Positions 38,032 to 47,607 of a stretch of DNA of 64,000 nt are shown here, piece after piece. The position numbers and the translations under genes are program-made. Each line of letters begins with the position of its first letter. Positions within the stretch are counted from its first letter, which is position 1. The stretch spans positions 5,539-69,538 of the forward strand of contig JAQTUQ010000005.1 in assembly GCA_028707255.1 (NCBI GenBank), given 5' to 3'. Source of the DNA: Dehalococcoidales bacterium. GTDB taxonomy: Bacteria > Chloroflexota > Dehalococcoidia > Dehalococcoidales > UBA5627. Under the pieces are notes generated by a model that saw only the letters and a list, made by a program, of their open reading frames with translations, was not told the origin of the DNA and made no database searches.

Positions 38032-39375
38032 ATGAAAAAGATAATCTTTACTTTACTTGCTGTAATACTGGTCTTGAGCACTATATCATGCAGCAATATC
38101 GATACGCAGAGTACGGCTCAAACACAGAATACGACTCAAACAAATACCACAATCAAGACACTGATTGAAAAATACGGGCAGTATCTCAAAGCAGATACGA
38201 ATTACGATACTTCACCAGAGGTCAGTTTTTCGGACATGGAAACGCTGGTAAGCGGCAATAACGAGTTTGCGCTGGAACTCTACCGCCAGCTCAGCGCCAG
38301 TGATGACGGCAACCTGTTCTTCTCTCCCTACAGCCTGTCTGTAGCTTTGGCGATGACCTACGCCGGCGCCGAGGGCATCACAAAAGAACAGATGGCTGAA
38401 ACACTCAACTTCATACTTGAGGAAGAGGATTTGCATGCCGCTTTCAACAAGCTGGCAATCGAGCTTGCCAAGCGCGGAGAAGGCAATAAAAGCGAGGATG
38501 AAGAGGGTTTCAAGCTCAACATCGTCAATGCCATCTGGGGACAGATAGAATATGCCTTCCTCTCCGAATATCTGGATACGCTGGCGGTTAATTACGATGC
38601 CGGATTGAGGCTATTGGATTTCGTCAGCGACCCTGAAGCCTGCCGCCAGACGATCAATGAATGGGTCAGCCAGCAGACCGAGGGTAAAATCGAAGACCTG
38701 ATTAGAGAAGGCATCATTACCGAAATGACGCGGCTGGTTTTAACCAATGCCATCTATTTCAATGCCGCTTGGGAAAAACCTTTCAAGGAAAATAATACCG
38801 GAGACGGGATATTCTACCTGCCCGATGGAAGTACCATTAGCGTTCCCATGATGCACCAGACGGAAGACTTCGGTTATGCGGAAGGCGATGGCTATCAGGC
38901 AATCGAACTCAGATACGACGGCAACGAGCTTTCGATGCTGATTATTCTCCCCGAAGAAGGCAATTTAGACCAGTTTGAGGCAACATTCGATGCACAAAAG
39001 CTTGATGGGATTATCGAAAACATCCGTACCGCCAGTGTTAATCTTATCATACCTAAATTCGAATACAGTTCACAGTTCAGTGTCAAGGCCGCCCTACAGG
39101 CTATGGGAATGACAGATGCGTTTAGCATGGCTGCCGACCTGTCTGGAATCGATGGAACTTATGATCTGTATATCGAGGATGTCGTCCATAAAGCATTCGT
39201 ATCCGTAGATGAAGCTGGAACCGAAGCCGCCGCCGCTTCCGCCGTAATCATAAACCTGAAGGGGATACTGGAACAGGCCGAAGTAACCCTAGACCACCCG
39301 TTCATTTTTATGATACGCGATGGTAAAACCAATACTATTCTGTTCGTCGGGAGGGTCATGAATCCGGCAGAATAA
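38032..39375 (+). CDS. Serpin (lipoprotein), copy 2
   Basis: Paralogue of copy 1 with the same motif set. Hinge EAGTEAAAAS, a different reactive-centre loop, and a Thr/Gln-rich linker after the lipobox. Confidence 0.9.
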   Translation: MKKIIFTLLAVILVLSTISCSNIDTQSTAQTQNTTQTNTTIKTLIEKYGQYLKADTNYDTSPEVSFSDMETLVSGNNEFALELYRQLSASDDGNLFFSPYSLSVALAMTYAGAEGITKEQMAETLNFILEEEDLHAAFNKLAIELAKRGEGNKSEDEEGFKLNIVNAIWGQIEYAFLSEYLDTLAVNYDAGLRLLDFVSDPEACRQTINEWVSQQTEGKIEDLIREGIITEMTRLVLTNAIYFNAAWEKPFKENNTGDGIFYLPDGSTISVPMMHQTEDFGYAEGDGYQAIELRYDGNELSMLIILPEEGNLDQFEATFDAQKLDGIIENIRTASVNLIIPKFEYSSQFSVKAALQAMGMTDAFSMAADLSGIDGTYDLYIEDVVHKAFVSVDEAGTEAAAASAVIINLKGILEQAEVTLDHPFIFMIRDGKTNTILFVGRVMNPAE

Positions 39376-39384
39376 AATAGACAC

Positions 39385-39517
39385 GTAGGGACGACCAATG
39401 GTCCTCCGCCCTTGTGTGTCGAATTAAAGCGGACGGGCAATGCCCGTCCCTACCGGTAACAATCAGACTATTCGTGAGAGATTGCTTCATCCCAATAAAT
39501 CGGGATTCGCAATGACA
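39385..39517. repeat. Family-F (39385-39453) and family-B (39473-39517) hairpin modules
   Basis: GTAGGGACGACCAATGGTC... GCGGACGGGCAATGCCCGTCCCTAC, and CGTGAGAGATTGCTTCATCCCAATAAATCGGGATTCGCAATGACA. Confidence 0.8.
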
Positions 39518-39604
39518 ATCCAACTTCCCGGCCTCCCTCTCCTTTTTTGAGCAATCTCTCTGATTATGCTATATTATCTATGTTAAAAATATGCTGCTTC
39601 TTAC

Positions 39605-39696
39605 GGAGGGGTCGCATAGAGGTCTAGTGCGGGCGCCTGCTAAGCGCTTACCCCGGGAAACTGGGGTCGAGGGTTCAAATCCCTCCCCCTCCGCCA
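39605..39696 (+). tRNA. tRNA-Ser (anticodon GCU), CCA encoded
   Basis: Hand-folded. Acceptor GGAGGGG/CCCCTCC, 3-bp D stem, anticodon stem GGCGC/GCGCT with loop CTGCTAA, long variable arm, T arm GAGGG-TTCAAAT-CCCTC, then G-CCA. Confidence 0.88.
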
Positions 39697-39809
39697 GCCT
39701 GCGCTTAAACTTCGGCTGGTAAACCAGCCACCTAACTTATAGACAAAAAATCAGGTGATTAACCAATGTCATATTTCCCTGATTCCCGCAAGGATATAAA
39801 ATAACTATC

Positions 39810-41069
39810 ATGCCCCTGTATTATATTTGGACAATAGGCTGCCAGATGAACAAGGCAGAATCCGAGAGGCTGGGCAGTCTGTTCGAACAGATTGGTTATC
39901 AACCGAGTGCGTCCACAGAAGAAGCCGACCTGATAGTTCTCAATAGCTGTGTCATCCGCCAGAGCGCGGAAAACAAGGTGGTTAGCAAAATCGGCGCGCT
40001 CAAGTCGCTAAAGAAAAATAATCCTTGCTTGAAGATTGCACTGACGGGCTGCCTGGTAGATGCAAATATCGATAAACTTCAAAAGAGATTTCCGATTGTG
40101 GACTATTTTTTTGCCGCAGGAGAGATGCCCCCGTGGATAGATAAGTGTCTGACGGCAAATATCATTCCCTTAAAACCCACCATCAGCACATTTATTAATA
40201 TCATACAGGGGTGCAATAACTTTTGCTCATATTGTATCGTCCCCTACCGCAGGGGCAGAGAGAAGAGCCGCTCAATGGATGAAATAGTCTGTGAGGCGAG
40301 GACGCTGGTAGAACGGGGAGCCAGAGAAATAGTTCTGGTAGGGCAAAATGTAGATTCGTACGGGCACGACCTGCCCGATAAATCCGACCTTGCCTCACTT
40401 CTGACAGAAATTAACAAAATAGAGGGCTTAAAAAGGCTGCGCTTTCTGACCAATCACCCCAAGGATATGAGCGACAGGTTGATCGACGCCATCGCCAGTC
40501 TGGATAAAGTTTGCGAGGAAATCAATCTTCCGGTGCAGGCAGGAGACGACCAGATTTTGAAAGCCATGCGGCGCGGGTACACTGCCGCTCATTATAGAGA
40601 ACTTGTCAAACGGATACGCGCTAAAGTGCCCGATATTGCTATTACCACAGATATTATCGTCGGCTTTCCGGGGGAGACGGAAGAGCAGTTTAAGGCATCG
40701 GTGGACTTGTTAAAAGAGTTGAGATTCGATAATACGCACATTGCCGCTTATTCGCCGAGGACGGGAACCATAGCATCTAGGGAATATGAGGATGATGTAC
40801 CGACGGAAGTAAAAAAAGAGCGTGTCGCTATCGTCGAGAAACTGCAGGGCGAAATCGCCGCAGAAATCAATGCCACACTGCTGGGTAGTTCCGTCGAGGT
40901 ACTGATAGAAGGTAAAAAGCAGGGAAAGTGGCAAGGAAGAAGCCGACGTGGTAAACTGGTATTCTTCAATGATAAAAACGATCTGCTCGGGCAGGTGGTA
41001 AGAATTAAAATCGAAAAGACAAGCCCCTGGTCGTTACAGGGTATATTGTCGACAGATAACGGATGTTAA
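39810..41069 (+). CDS. miaB: tRNA-2-methylthio-N6-dimethylallyladenosine synthase
   Basis: N-terminal UPF0004 Cys (GCQMN), radical SAM CNNFCSYC, TRAM C-terminus. Confidence 0.92.
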   Translation: MPLYYIWTIGCQMNKAESERLGSLFEQIGYQPSASTEEADLIVLNSCVIRQSAENKVVSKIGALKSLKKNNPCLKIALTGCLVDANIDKLQKRFPIVDYFFAAGEMPPWIDKCLTANIIPLKPTISTFINIIQGCNNFCSYCIVPYRRGREKSRSMDEIVCEARTLVERGAREIVLVGQNVDSYGHDLPDKSDLASLLTEINKIEGLKRLRFLTNHPKDMSDRLIDAIASLDKVCEEINLPVQAGDDQILKAMRRGYTAAHYRELVKRIRAKVPDIAITTDIIVGFPGETEEQFKASVDLLKELRFDNTHIAAYSPRTGTIASREYEDDVPTEVKKERVAIVEKLQGEIAAEINATLLGSSVEVLIEGKKQGKWQGRSRRGKLVFFNDKNDLLGQVVRIKIEKTSPWSLQGILSTDNGC

Positions 41070-41084
41070 ATTAAGGAGTAAAAA

Positions 41085-41453
41085 ATGGTAAAGAAAATAA
41101 TAGCTTCATTATTAGGACTGACCTCTATTATAAGCCTGGGTATGCTCAGCAGTTGCGTACCTGCCACGGGAGAATCCAATTCATCCAGTACAATCTACAT
41201 GATACTCTTCATGGTAGTACTCTTCGGTATATTCTATTTCCTGATTATCAGACCGCAAGGCAAGAGACAGAAAGAACATCAGAATCTCTTATCCAATCTT
41301 CAGGTCGGAGACAGGATTATCACCATCGGCGGCATTTACGGCAGAATCGAAAGCATCAGGGAAGACAGCTATATAATTAAAGTCGAATCCGGCGAGCTTC
41401 TCAGGATGACGAAAAGCGCCATCGCCGGCAAACAACCCGATGAATCAAAATAG
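41085..41453 (+). CDS. yajC: Preprotein translocase subunit YajC
   Basis: YFLIIRPQ..RQKEH...GDRIITIGGIYG pattern. It has an extra N-terminal signal/lipobox-like segment (LSSC). Confidence 0.85.
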   Translation: MVKKIIASLLGLTSIISLGMLSSCVPATGESNSSSTIYMILFMVVLFGIFYFLIIRPQGKRQKEHQNLLSNLQVGDRIITIGGIYGRIESIREDSYIIKVESGELLRMTKSAIAGKQPDESK

Positions 41454-41490
41454 CATTCCCGGGCCATGCTCCAGCCCCCGGCTTTAATTA

Positions 41491-43089
41491 TTGGATTTTG
41501 GAGGTGGCTGTATTAATACCTATGATTATGTCATAATCGGCAGCGGTATTGCAGGTTTGTATTGCGCCCTGCTTGCGCAAAAGCATGGCAGTGTCCTTAT
41601 AATAACCAAGGGCAGCATCGAAGACTGCAATACCCGCCATGCCCAAGGCGGAATTGCCGCCGCCATCGGCATCAACGATTCCCCCGAACTTCACTACAAA
41701 GACACCATCACTGCCGGTGATGGGCTGTGCAACGAAGAAATCGTTCATATCCTCGCCGATGAAGGCCCCGACCGTATCGCCGATCTGGTCAATTTCGGCG
41801 TGCCTTTCGATACCGTAGACGGCGAAATTGCGCTCACGCTTGAGGCTGCCCACAGCATACCACGCATCCTGCATGCCGGAGGCGATGCCACCGGTGAACA
41901 TATAGAGGTAACTCTCAGCAGAATAGTGAGAGCCATCGACCTGCCGGTACTGGAACACCACCTGGCAACCGATATCATTGTCGAACAGAACTGTGTCAAA
42001 GGCGTCAGGGTTTTCGATTGCGAAAAAGGAAGCGTTGAAGAATTCGGATGCCGCTACATGATACTGGCAACGGGAGGCGCCGGGCAGCTTTTTAAATTCA
42101 CCACCAATCCGGCAGTCGCCACCGGAGACGGCATAGCACTGGCTTTGAAAGCCGGTGCCGAAGTAATCGATATGGAATTCTTTCAGTTTCATCCTACCGC
42201 CCTGCATATGCCGGGAGTCGCCCCTTTTTTAATTTCAGAAGCGGTACGCGGCGAAGGCGGCATACTGCGAAACATGGACGGCAGACGCTTCATGCCCGAT
42301 TATACCCCTCTGGCCGAACTGGCGCCACGGGATGTGGTTGCCCGCAGTATCTTGAGCGAAATGAAAAAAACTCATCGTGATAACGTTTTTCTCGATGTCA
42401 CCCATCTGGCTCCGCACCGCATAAAAACGCGTTTCCCGCATATCTATCAATTCTGCGCAGACCACGGGCTGGATATAACCAGCAGTTTGATACCGATAGC
42501 CCCGGCTGCTCATTACATGATAGGCGGCATACGCACCAACAGCTGGGGAGAAACCTCGGTATGCGGCCTTTTTGCCGCCGGCGAGTGTGCCGGAACGGGA
42601 GCTCACGGAGCCAACCGGCTGGCATCCAATTCGATGCTGGAAGTGCTGATTTTCGGAAAACGTATTTTCAAACGCATCGAACAGGGCACCAACCAGAAAA
42701 GCAACCGGCAATATAATGATAACCTTCCGAACAGTAACATCAATCATAAGCTTAAGGTCAGACCTCTTGTTAATAATACTCCCCTGTTAAGTCTCGAAGC
42801 TCTGCAAAATCTGCTCTGGGATAACGTCGGAATTGTGCGTGACAGGAAAGGGCTGGCAGAAGCCGTTGACGTTTTAGGTTCATGGGAGCATGAAATGCCC
42901 AAACCGTCGAATCGGCAATCCCATGAGCTGGCAAATATGATAATAACCGGAAGGTTAATCGCCGAAGCCGCCCTGTTAAGGGAAGAAAGCCGCGGCGCCC
43001 ACTTCCGCTCCGATTTTCCGCAGCGCTCTGAGGCATGGCTGAGGCATATAGTCACCACTATAGAAAACCGGGAGCGATGCAATGTATAA
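41491..43089 (+). CDS. nadB: L-aspartate oxidase
   Basis: FAD motif DYVIIGSGIAGL, RSDFP near the C-terminus. TTG start without an obvious SD, so the start is uncertain. Confidence 0.93.
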   Translation: MDFGGGCINTYDYVIIGSGIAGLYCALLAQKHGSVLIITKGSIEDCNTRHAQGGIAAAIGINDSPELHYKDTITAGDGLCNEEIVHILADEGPDRIADLVNFGVPFDTVDGEIALTLEAAHSIPRILHAGGDATGEHIEVTLSRIVRAIDLPVLEHHLATDIIVEQNCVKGVRVFDCEKGSVEEFGCRYMILATGGAGQLFKFTTNPAVATGDGIALALKAGAEVIDMEFFQFHPTALHMPGVAPFLISEAVRGEGGILRNMDGRRFMPDYTPLAELAPRDVVARSILSEMKKTHRDNVFLDVTHLAPHRIKTRFPHIYQFCADHGLDITSSLIPIAPAAHYMIGGIRTNSWGETSVCGLFAAGECAGTGAHGANRLASNSMLEVLIFGKRIFKRIEQGTNQKSNRQYNDNLPNSNINHKLKVRPLVNNTPLLSLEALQNLLWDNVGIVRDRKGLAEAVDVLGSWEHEMPKPSNRQSHELANMIITGRLIAEAALLREESRGAHFRSDFPQRSEAWLRHIVTTIENRERCNV

Positions 43090-43936
43090 ACAGCCGCAGG
43101 AACAAATAGAGAGCATCATCAAGCTGGCGCTGGAAGAGGACGACTTCGAAAACGATATCACCAGTGGTGTCCTTGTTTCCCCCGATAAACAGGGAGTGGC
43201 TTTCATCATAGCCAAAGAAGAGGGCTTCCTTGCCTGTGCAAATATAATATCTCCCGTATTTCACACCGTCGATCATTCGATTAAGGTGAATCTGCTGCAA
43301 AAAGAAGGTCGAAAGGTAAAACCGGGCGACCTCATTGCAGAAATCAGCGGAAACCTGAAGAGTATACTCGGCGCCGAGAGGGTGGTACTGAATTTTTTAA
43401 GTCACTTAAGCGGCATCGCCACACAGACGGCAAGATATGTCGAGAAGGTTAAGGGAACGAAGGCAGTCATCAGGGATACCCGTAAAACCCTGCCGGGGAT
43501 GCGACTATTGGAAAAATATGCCGTAACCGTCGGCGGAGGCGAGAACCATCGCCTTAATCTGGCAGACAGCATTCTGATTAAAGACAACCACATCGCTTCT
43601 TTACAAAAAGAGGGCGTAACTCTGATAGAGATAATAAATAGGGCAAGACAGGACAGCAGTAAGGGAACGATAATCGAGATTGAAGTCAATACCGTAGAAG
43701 AGGCAGCCGAAGCCATGAAAACGGATGTCGACATCATCATGCTGGATAATATGAATATCGAAGAGATGAAGGCAGTAGTAGCCATGTGCGGCGGAAAGGT
43801 CAAGCTGGAAGCCTCCGGTGGCATTAACCTGGATAACATCAGGGATGTGGCATTAACCGGGATAGATTATATTTCAATAGGAGCTTTGACACACTCGGCA
43901 AAAGCGCTGGATTTCAGCCTTGAAGTCGAATCCTGA
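43082..43936 (+). CDS. nadC: Nicotinate-nucleotide pyrophosphorylase (carboxylating)
   Basis: 8-nt overlap with nadB. The TRKT..PG..LEKYAV..GGG..HR motif block. Confidence 0.93.
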   Translation: MYKQPQEQIESIIKLALEEDDFENDITSGVLVSPDKQGVAFIIAKEEGFLACANIISPVFHTVDHSIKVNLLQKEGRKVKPGDLIAEISGNLKSILGAERVVLNFLSHLSGIATQTARYVEKVKGTKAVIRDTRKTLPGMRLLEKYAVTVGGGENHRLNLADSILIKDNHIASLQKEGVTLIEIINRARQDSSKGTIIEIEVNTVEEAAEAMKTDVDIIMLDNMNIEEMKAVVAMCGGKVKLEASGGINLDNIRDVALTGIDYISIGALTHSAKALDFSLEVES

Positions 43937-43949
43937 CAAGACTGAAAAA

Positions 43950-44366
43950 ATGCAGAAAAAGACTGAAACTCCTTCCAATAAAGAATGCCGCGAGATAAAA
44001 AGCTGGCTAAAGTATCTTCTGATAGCTATCGGAACATTATCGGTGGCGTTCGGTTTTCTGGGAATCTTCCTCCCCATCCTCCCCACTACCCCCTTTCTGC
44101 TTCTGGCAGCCGCCTGTTATTGCAGGAGTTCACAAAGATTCTATTGCTGGCTGGTAAACAACCGCTGGCTGGGGAAATATATTAAAAACTACCGCGATAA
44201 AAAAGGCATCCCGCATAGAGCAAAGATTTACATCATCGCACTGTTATGGATTACAATACTGGCTTCGGTAATCTTTGTCGTCGACCTTTTGGCAGTAAGG
44301 ATACTGCTGATTTTAATCGCAACCGGTGTTACGGTACATATTATAAGGATAAAAACACTGAAATAA
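43950..44366 (+). CDS. DUF454 (YbaN-like) inner-membrane protein
   Basis: LGIFLPILPTTPFLLLAAACY signature. ATG 43950 preferred over the TTG that overlaps nadC. Confidence 0.8.
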   Translation: MQKKTETPSNKECREIKSWLKYLLIAIGTLSVAFGFLGIFLPILPTTPFLLLAAACYCRSSQRFYCWLVNNRWLGKYIKNYRDKKGIPHRAKIYIIALLWITILASVIFVVDLLAVRILLILIATGVTVHIIRIKTLK

Positions 44367-44371
44367 TTCTT

Positions 44372-44590
44372 CTGCCACTGCGAGACAAGTCGAGTTGAAA
44401 CATGACAAAAAAACGCTCGTGGTGAGCTTGTCGAATCCATAGCGGCGACGATAAATAGATACCCGGCTTAAAAATCCGTTCGCTAAACCCTTCGACATGC
44501 TCAGGGCGAACGGATTTTTTTATTTCCATTGCCACTCCCGACTTGGACGGGATGCCACCCCGATTTATCGGGACGAAGCATCTGGGGGGT
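44372..44590. repeat. Repeat mosaic (family B-like, C', C with T-run, lone family-A H1 half)
   Basis: CGCTCGTGGTGAGCTTGTCGAATCCATAGCGGCG. TCCGTTCGCTAAACCCTTCGACATGCTCAGGGCGAACGGA plus TTTTTTT. CCCCGATTTATCGGGACGAAGCATCTGGGGGG. Confidence 0.8.
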
Positions 44591-44627
44591 CATTATAAAG
44601 CACCCTCTTTTATCACATCAACTCATA

Positions 44628-44656
44628 TTGTCTTATCTATCTTGTAACTGTATAAT
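44628..44656 (+). promoter_or_regulatory. Sigma-70-like promoter of ispH
   Basis: TTGTCT, 17-nt spacer, consensus TATAAT. Confidence 0.55.
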
Positions 44657-44686
44657 CAAAAAAGAAAATCAACGAAGGATGAAAGA

Positions 44687-45532
44687 TTGCAAATCAAGCG
44701 TGCTGAAGGAATCGGATTCTGTCTCGGCGTCAGGCGCGCCGTCGATATTGTCGAACGCGTGGCTGCCGAACGCGGCAACGTAGAAACGCTGGGAGCCATC
44801 GTCCATAACCAGCCGGTGTTGCGCAAACTGGCGCAAAAAGGCGTTTCGGTAGTCAAAGATATCGCGGACGTAAAAGGAAAAGTGGTTGTCACCAGTTCTC
44901 ACGGAGTCAGTCCGGAAATTGCCGAAGAAATCAAAAGGCGACAAATCGAACCCATCGATACCACCTGCCCTTTCGTAAAACGTGCACAGATTACCGCTGA
45001 AAGGTTCGCTAAAGACGGCTTCTTTACCATCGTTTACGGCGATGCCGCACACCCCGAAGTAAAAGGAATATTGGGAAGAACAGGCGGTAAAGGCATAGCT
45101 ACTACAGATATCGAAAGCCTTATAAAAATCGAATCTTTACCGCGCAGGCTGGGAATACTCTCCCAGACAACCCAGATACCGGATTCTTTTGCTGAATTTA
45201 TTAAAAAACTGCTGGTATCCCCGGTCTTTAAGGATGCCGAGTTGCGGGTAGTCGATACTATCTGCCATGACATCAGACAGAGACAGAAAAACTCGCTCGA
45301 ACTGGCAAAGGAATGCGACCTTGTACTGGTTGTCGGCGGGCATACCAGCGCCAACAGCCGACATCTTGTCGAACTGTGTTCAACGGTAACCCCGACCTAT
45401 CTCGTGGAGACGGCAGACGAAATCCGTCCCGAATGGCTGGAAGGGAAAGAACGCATCGGAGTTACCTCCGGCGCTTCCACCGACCAATCCACTATCAATG
45501 AAGTAGTATCAAAACTGGAAGAGCTGGCTTAG
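44687..45532 (+). CDS. ispH: 4-hydroxy-3-methylbut-2-enyl diphosphate reductase
   Basis: TTG start. GFCLGVRRAV, TTCPFV and DTICHD Cys ligand motifs. Confidence 0.93.
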   Translation: MQIKRAEGIGFCLGVRRAVDIVERVAAERGNVETLGAIVHNQPVLRKLAQKGVSVVKDIADVKGKVVVTSSHGVSPEIAEEIKRRQIEPIDTTCPFVKRAQITAERFAKDGFFTIVYGDAAHPEVKGILGRTGGKGIATTDIESLIKIESLPRRLGILSQTTQIPDSFAEFIKKLLVSPVFKDAELRVVDTICHDIRQRQKNSLELAKECDLVLVVGGHTSANSRHLVELCSTVTPTYLVETADEIRPEWLEGKERIGVTSGASTDQSTINEVVSKLEELA

Positions 45533-46804
45533 CTATTCGTAACGTAAAGCCTCTACCGCATCCAACTTGGCGGCACGGTTTGCCGGATACAATCCCGCAA
45601 TCAGGCTGATAGCGGTGGTTACGGCAACCACCATTAACACAAGTTGTATCGAAAATACCGACATCTCGAAAGTGGGATAATCGCTTAAAAAGGTATAGCT
45701 GCCTATTATGTTAAGTATCTTGCCGGCAACAAAACCGATAGCTACACCCGCGATTCCGCCGATAAATCCCAGCGCCGCCCCTTCCATGGTAAACAGCATG
45801 CGTATAGTTCCCCTGGTAGCGCCTACCGCTTTCATGACACCGATTTCACGGGTACGCTCGTAAATCGACATCATCAGCGTATTGATGATGCCGATACTGG
45901 CAACCACCAGTGCGATGATCCCAAAGGCGCTTAAACCGATTTGTATAATCGAGAAGATGCTGTTTATTTCTTTCAGTATTTCATTGGGAGTAATAGTGCT
46001 GAAACCTTCGGCCCTGATAATCTCCGCTACTCTCTCGACGTCATTGACATCGCTCACTTTTACCAGTAAAGAGGTGCCCGGCTGCTCGGGAGAATACTGA
46101 TTGGGATTGTTGCGGTAATAGCGCGCCATTTCGATGGTATCGTTCATCGATATAACAATCTGCGTTGCATTCATCGTTTTTAAAATGACGCCCGATATAA
46201 CGAAGCTGTAGTTTTTGGTTTCCGTATTATAGGCATTGGATTTTCCGACGGTAATAGTTATTTCTTTTCCGACGGCATCCTCGGCCTTTTCCCAGCCGAA
46301 AGCACCCAGATAATCAAAACTTATAAGGCACTCACCGCTGGAGTCTTCCTCGAAAAAGTCGCCGGTTACCAGCGTCATCATTTTGATTTGATAATCCGGA
46401 CCGGAATTAATCGAAATCGAATACTTTTTCTCGTTGCCTTCGGCTCTGACATACAGAGCAGAGACTCCGATATTATAATCGACACGTTCAACCCCCTCGA
46501 TAGACAGTAATTTATCGACATCATCGGCGGTAAAAGAACGTATTACGACATCGGATGTATCGACAATTTCATAAGGGGTTTCGGTATAAGAAAAGCTGCG
46601 GTTACTGGCATATACCGTCAAAGCATCCTGCGGCACCATCAAACCGAACTGGTCGACAATGAATCTCTGCAAACCTGTACCAATGGATGTCATAAGGGCG
46701 ATAAGCACAGCGCCGATGACAATCGCCAGAATGGTCAAAAAAGTGCGGAATTTCTTGCGCCAAAGGTTATAAAAGGCTGTTTTAATAACGTCAGCGAATC
46801 TCAT
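45533..46804 (-). CDS. ABC transporter permease, FtsX/MacB-like
   Basis: N-terminal TM, large extracytoplasmic domain, and C-terminal FtsX 3-TM bundle. Confidence 0.88.
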   Translation of the reverse strand: MRFADVIKTAFYNLWRKKFRTFLTILAIVIGAVLIALMTSIGTGLQRFIVDQFGLMVPQDALTVYASNRSFSYTETPYEIVDTSDVVIRSFTADDVDKLLSIEGVERVDYNIGVSALYVRAEGNEKKYSISINSGPDYQIKMMTLVTGDFFEEDSSGECLISFDYLGAFGWEKAEDAVGKEITITVGKSNAYNTETKNYSFVISGVILKTMNATQIVISMNDTIEMARYYRNNPNQYSPEQPGTSLLVKVSDVNDVERVAEIIRAEGFSTITPNEILKEINSIFSIIQIGLSAFGIIALVVASIGIINTLMMSIYERTREIGVMKAVGATRGTIRMLFTMEGAALGFIGGIAGVAIGFVAGKILNIIGSYTFLSDYPTFEMSVFSIQLVLMVVAVTTAISLIAGLYPANRAAKLDAVEALRYE

Positions 46805-47475
46805 CTTTCATCCTCGACAATCTGGCCGTCTCTCATCTTGATTATGCGTCCGGCAACGGCAGCGATTTCCATATCGTGAGTAACAATTATAAGCGTAATC
46901 CCTTTTTCCTTATTTAACTGCGACAAGAGCTCCATGACGTGTTTGCCGTTCTTGCTGTCGAGGTTCCCAGTCGGTTCATCTGCCAAAAGAATTTTAGGTT
47001 GAGTTACCAGCGCGCGGGCAATGCTGACACGTTGTTTTTCGCCACCGGAAAGCTGGTTCGGACGGTGCGATGCCCTCTCGGCAAGACCTACGGTCTCCAG
47101 CGCTTCCGCAGCCATTTTCATGCGCTTGCTTTGCGAAATACCCGAAAAAATGAGGGGTAAAGCGACATTTTCCGTTGCGGTATAGGTGGGATGCAGGTTA
47201 AAAGCTTGAAAAACGAAGCCGATTTTTTCATTGCGATAACGGGAAAGCTCTTTATCGTTGGCACGGCTCAAGTCCTGCCCATCGACCACTACCCTGCCGG
47301 AGGTAGGTGTATCCAGACCGCCGATAATATGCATCATGGTCGATTTGCCGGAGCCGGAAGGACCGACCAAAGCTACGAACTCACCTTCTTCTATTTCCAG
47401 GCTGATACCGGAAACGGCATGAACGATGTCTTCACCCATACGGTATTCTTTGGTAATATTCTCCAGTTTTATCAT
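46801..47475 (-). CDS. ABC transporter ATP-binding protein (MacB/LolD-like)
   Basis: GPSGSGKST, LSGGEKQR, ILLADEPTGNLD. 4-nt overlap with the permease gene. Confidence 0.93.
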   Translation of the reverse strand: MIKLENITKEYRMGEDIVHAVSGISLEIEEGEFVALVGPSGSGKSTMMHIIGGLDTPTSGRVVVDGQDLSRANDKELSRYRNEKIGFVFQAFNLHPTYTATENVALPLIFSGISQSKRMKMAAEALETVGLAERASHRPNQLSGGEKQRVSIARALVTQPKILLADEPTGNLDSKNGKHVMELLSQLNKEKGITLIIVTHDMEIAAVAGRIIKMRDGQIVEDER

Positions 47476-47607
47476 ATGCGCACCGTTATAATCTTATTCA
47501 GTACATTATCCCATTATTGTTGATATACTACAACATAGAATAATATAAGAATTTGTCGGAAACTTTATATTTATGCTAAACTTTTTTAATTATTCCAAAG
47601 GAGCAGT

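Noticed and set aside
39376-39809. Genomic island or integrative element at tRNA-Ser
   Set aside because: No integrase, no direct repeat of the tRNA 3' end, and no phage or plasmid genes on either side. The flanking genes are serpins and miaB, and the spacer content is explained by the common repeat families.
41454-41490. NAD+ (nadA-motif) riboswitch upstream of nadB
   Set aside because: The spacer after yajC is only about 37 nt, too short for the tandem-domain motif.
41488-42207. 239-aa minus-strand ORF, and further antisense ORFs through 43082, opposite nadB
   Set aside because: The plus strand encodes a complete L-aspartate oxidase. The antisense ORFs are typical shadow ORFs.
47476-47607. 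T-box leader upstream of trpS
   Set aside because: Only about 130 nt are available. It is AT-rich, with no specifier-loop/antiterminator architecture and no T-box consensus (AANNNGGGTGGTACCGCG-like) visible.
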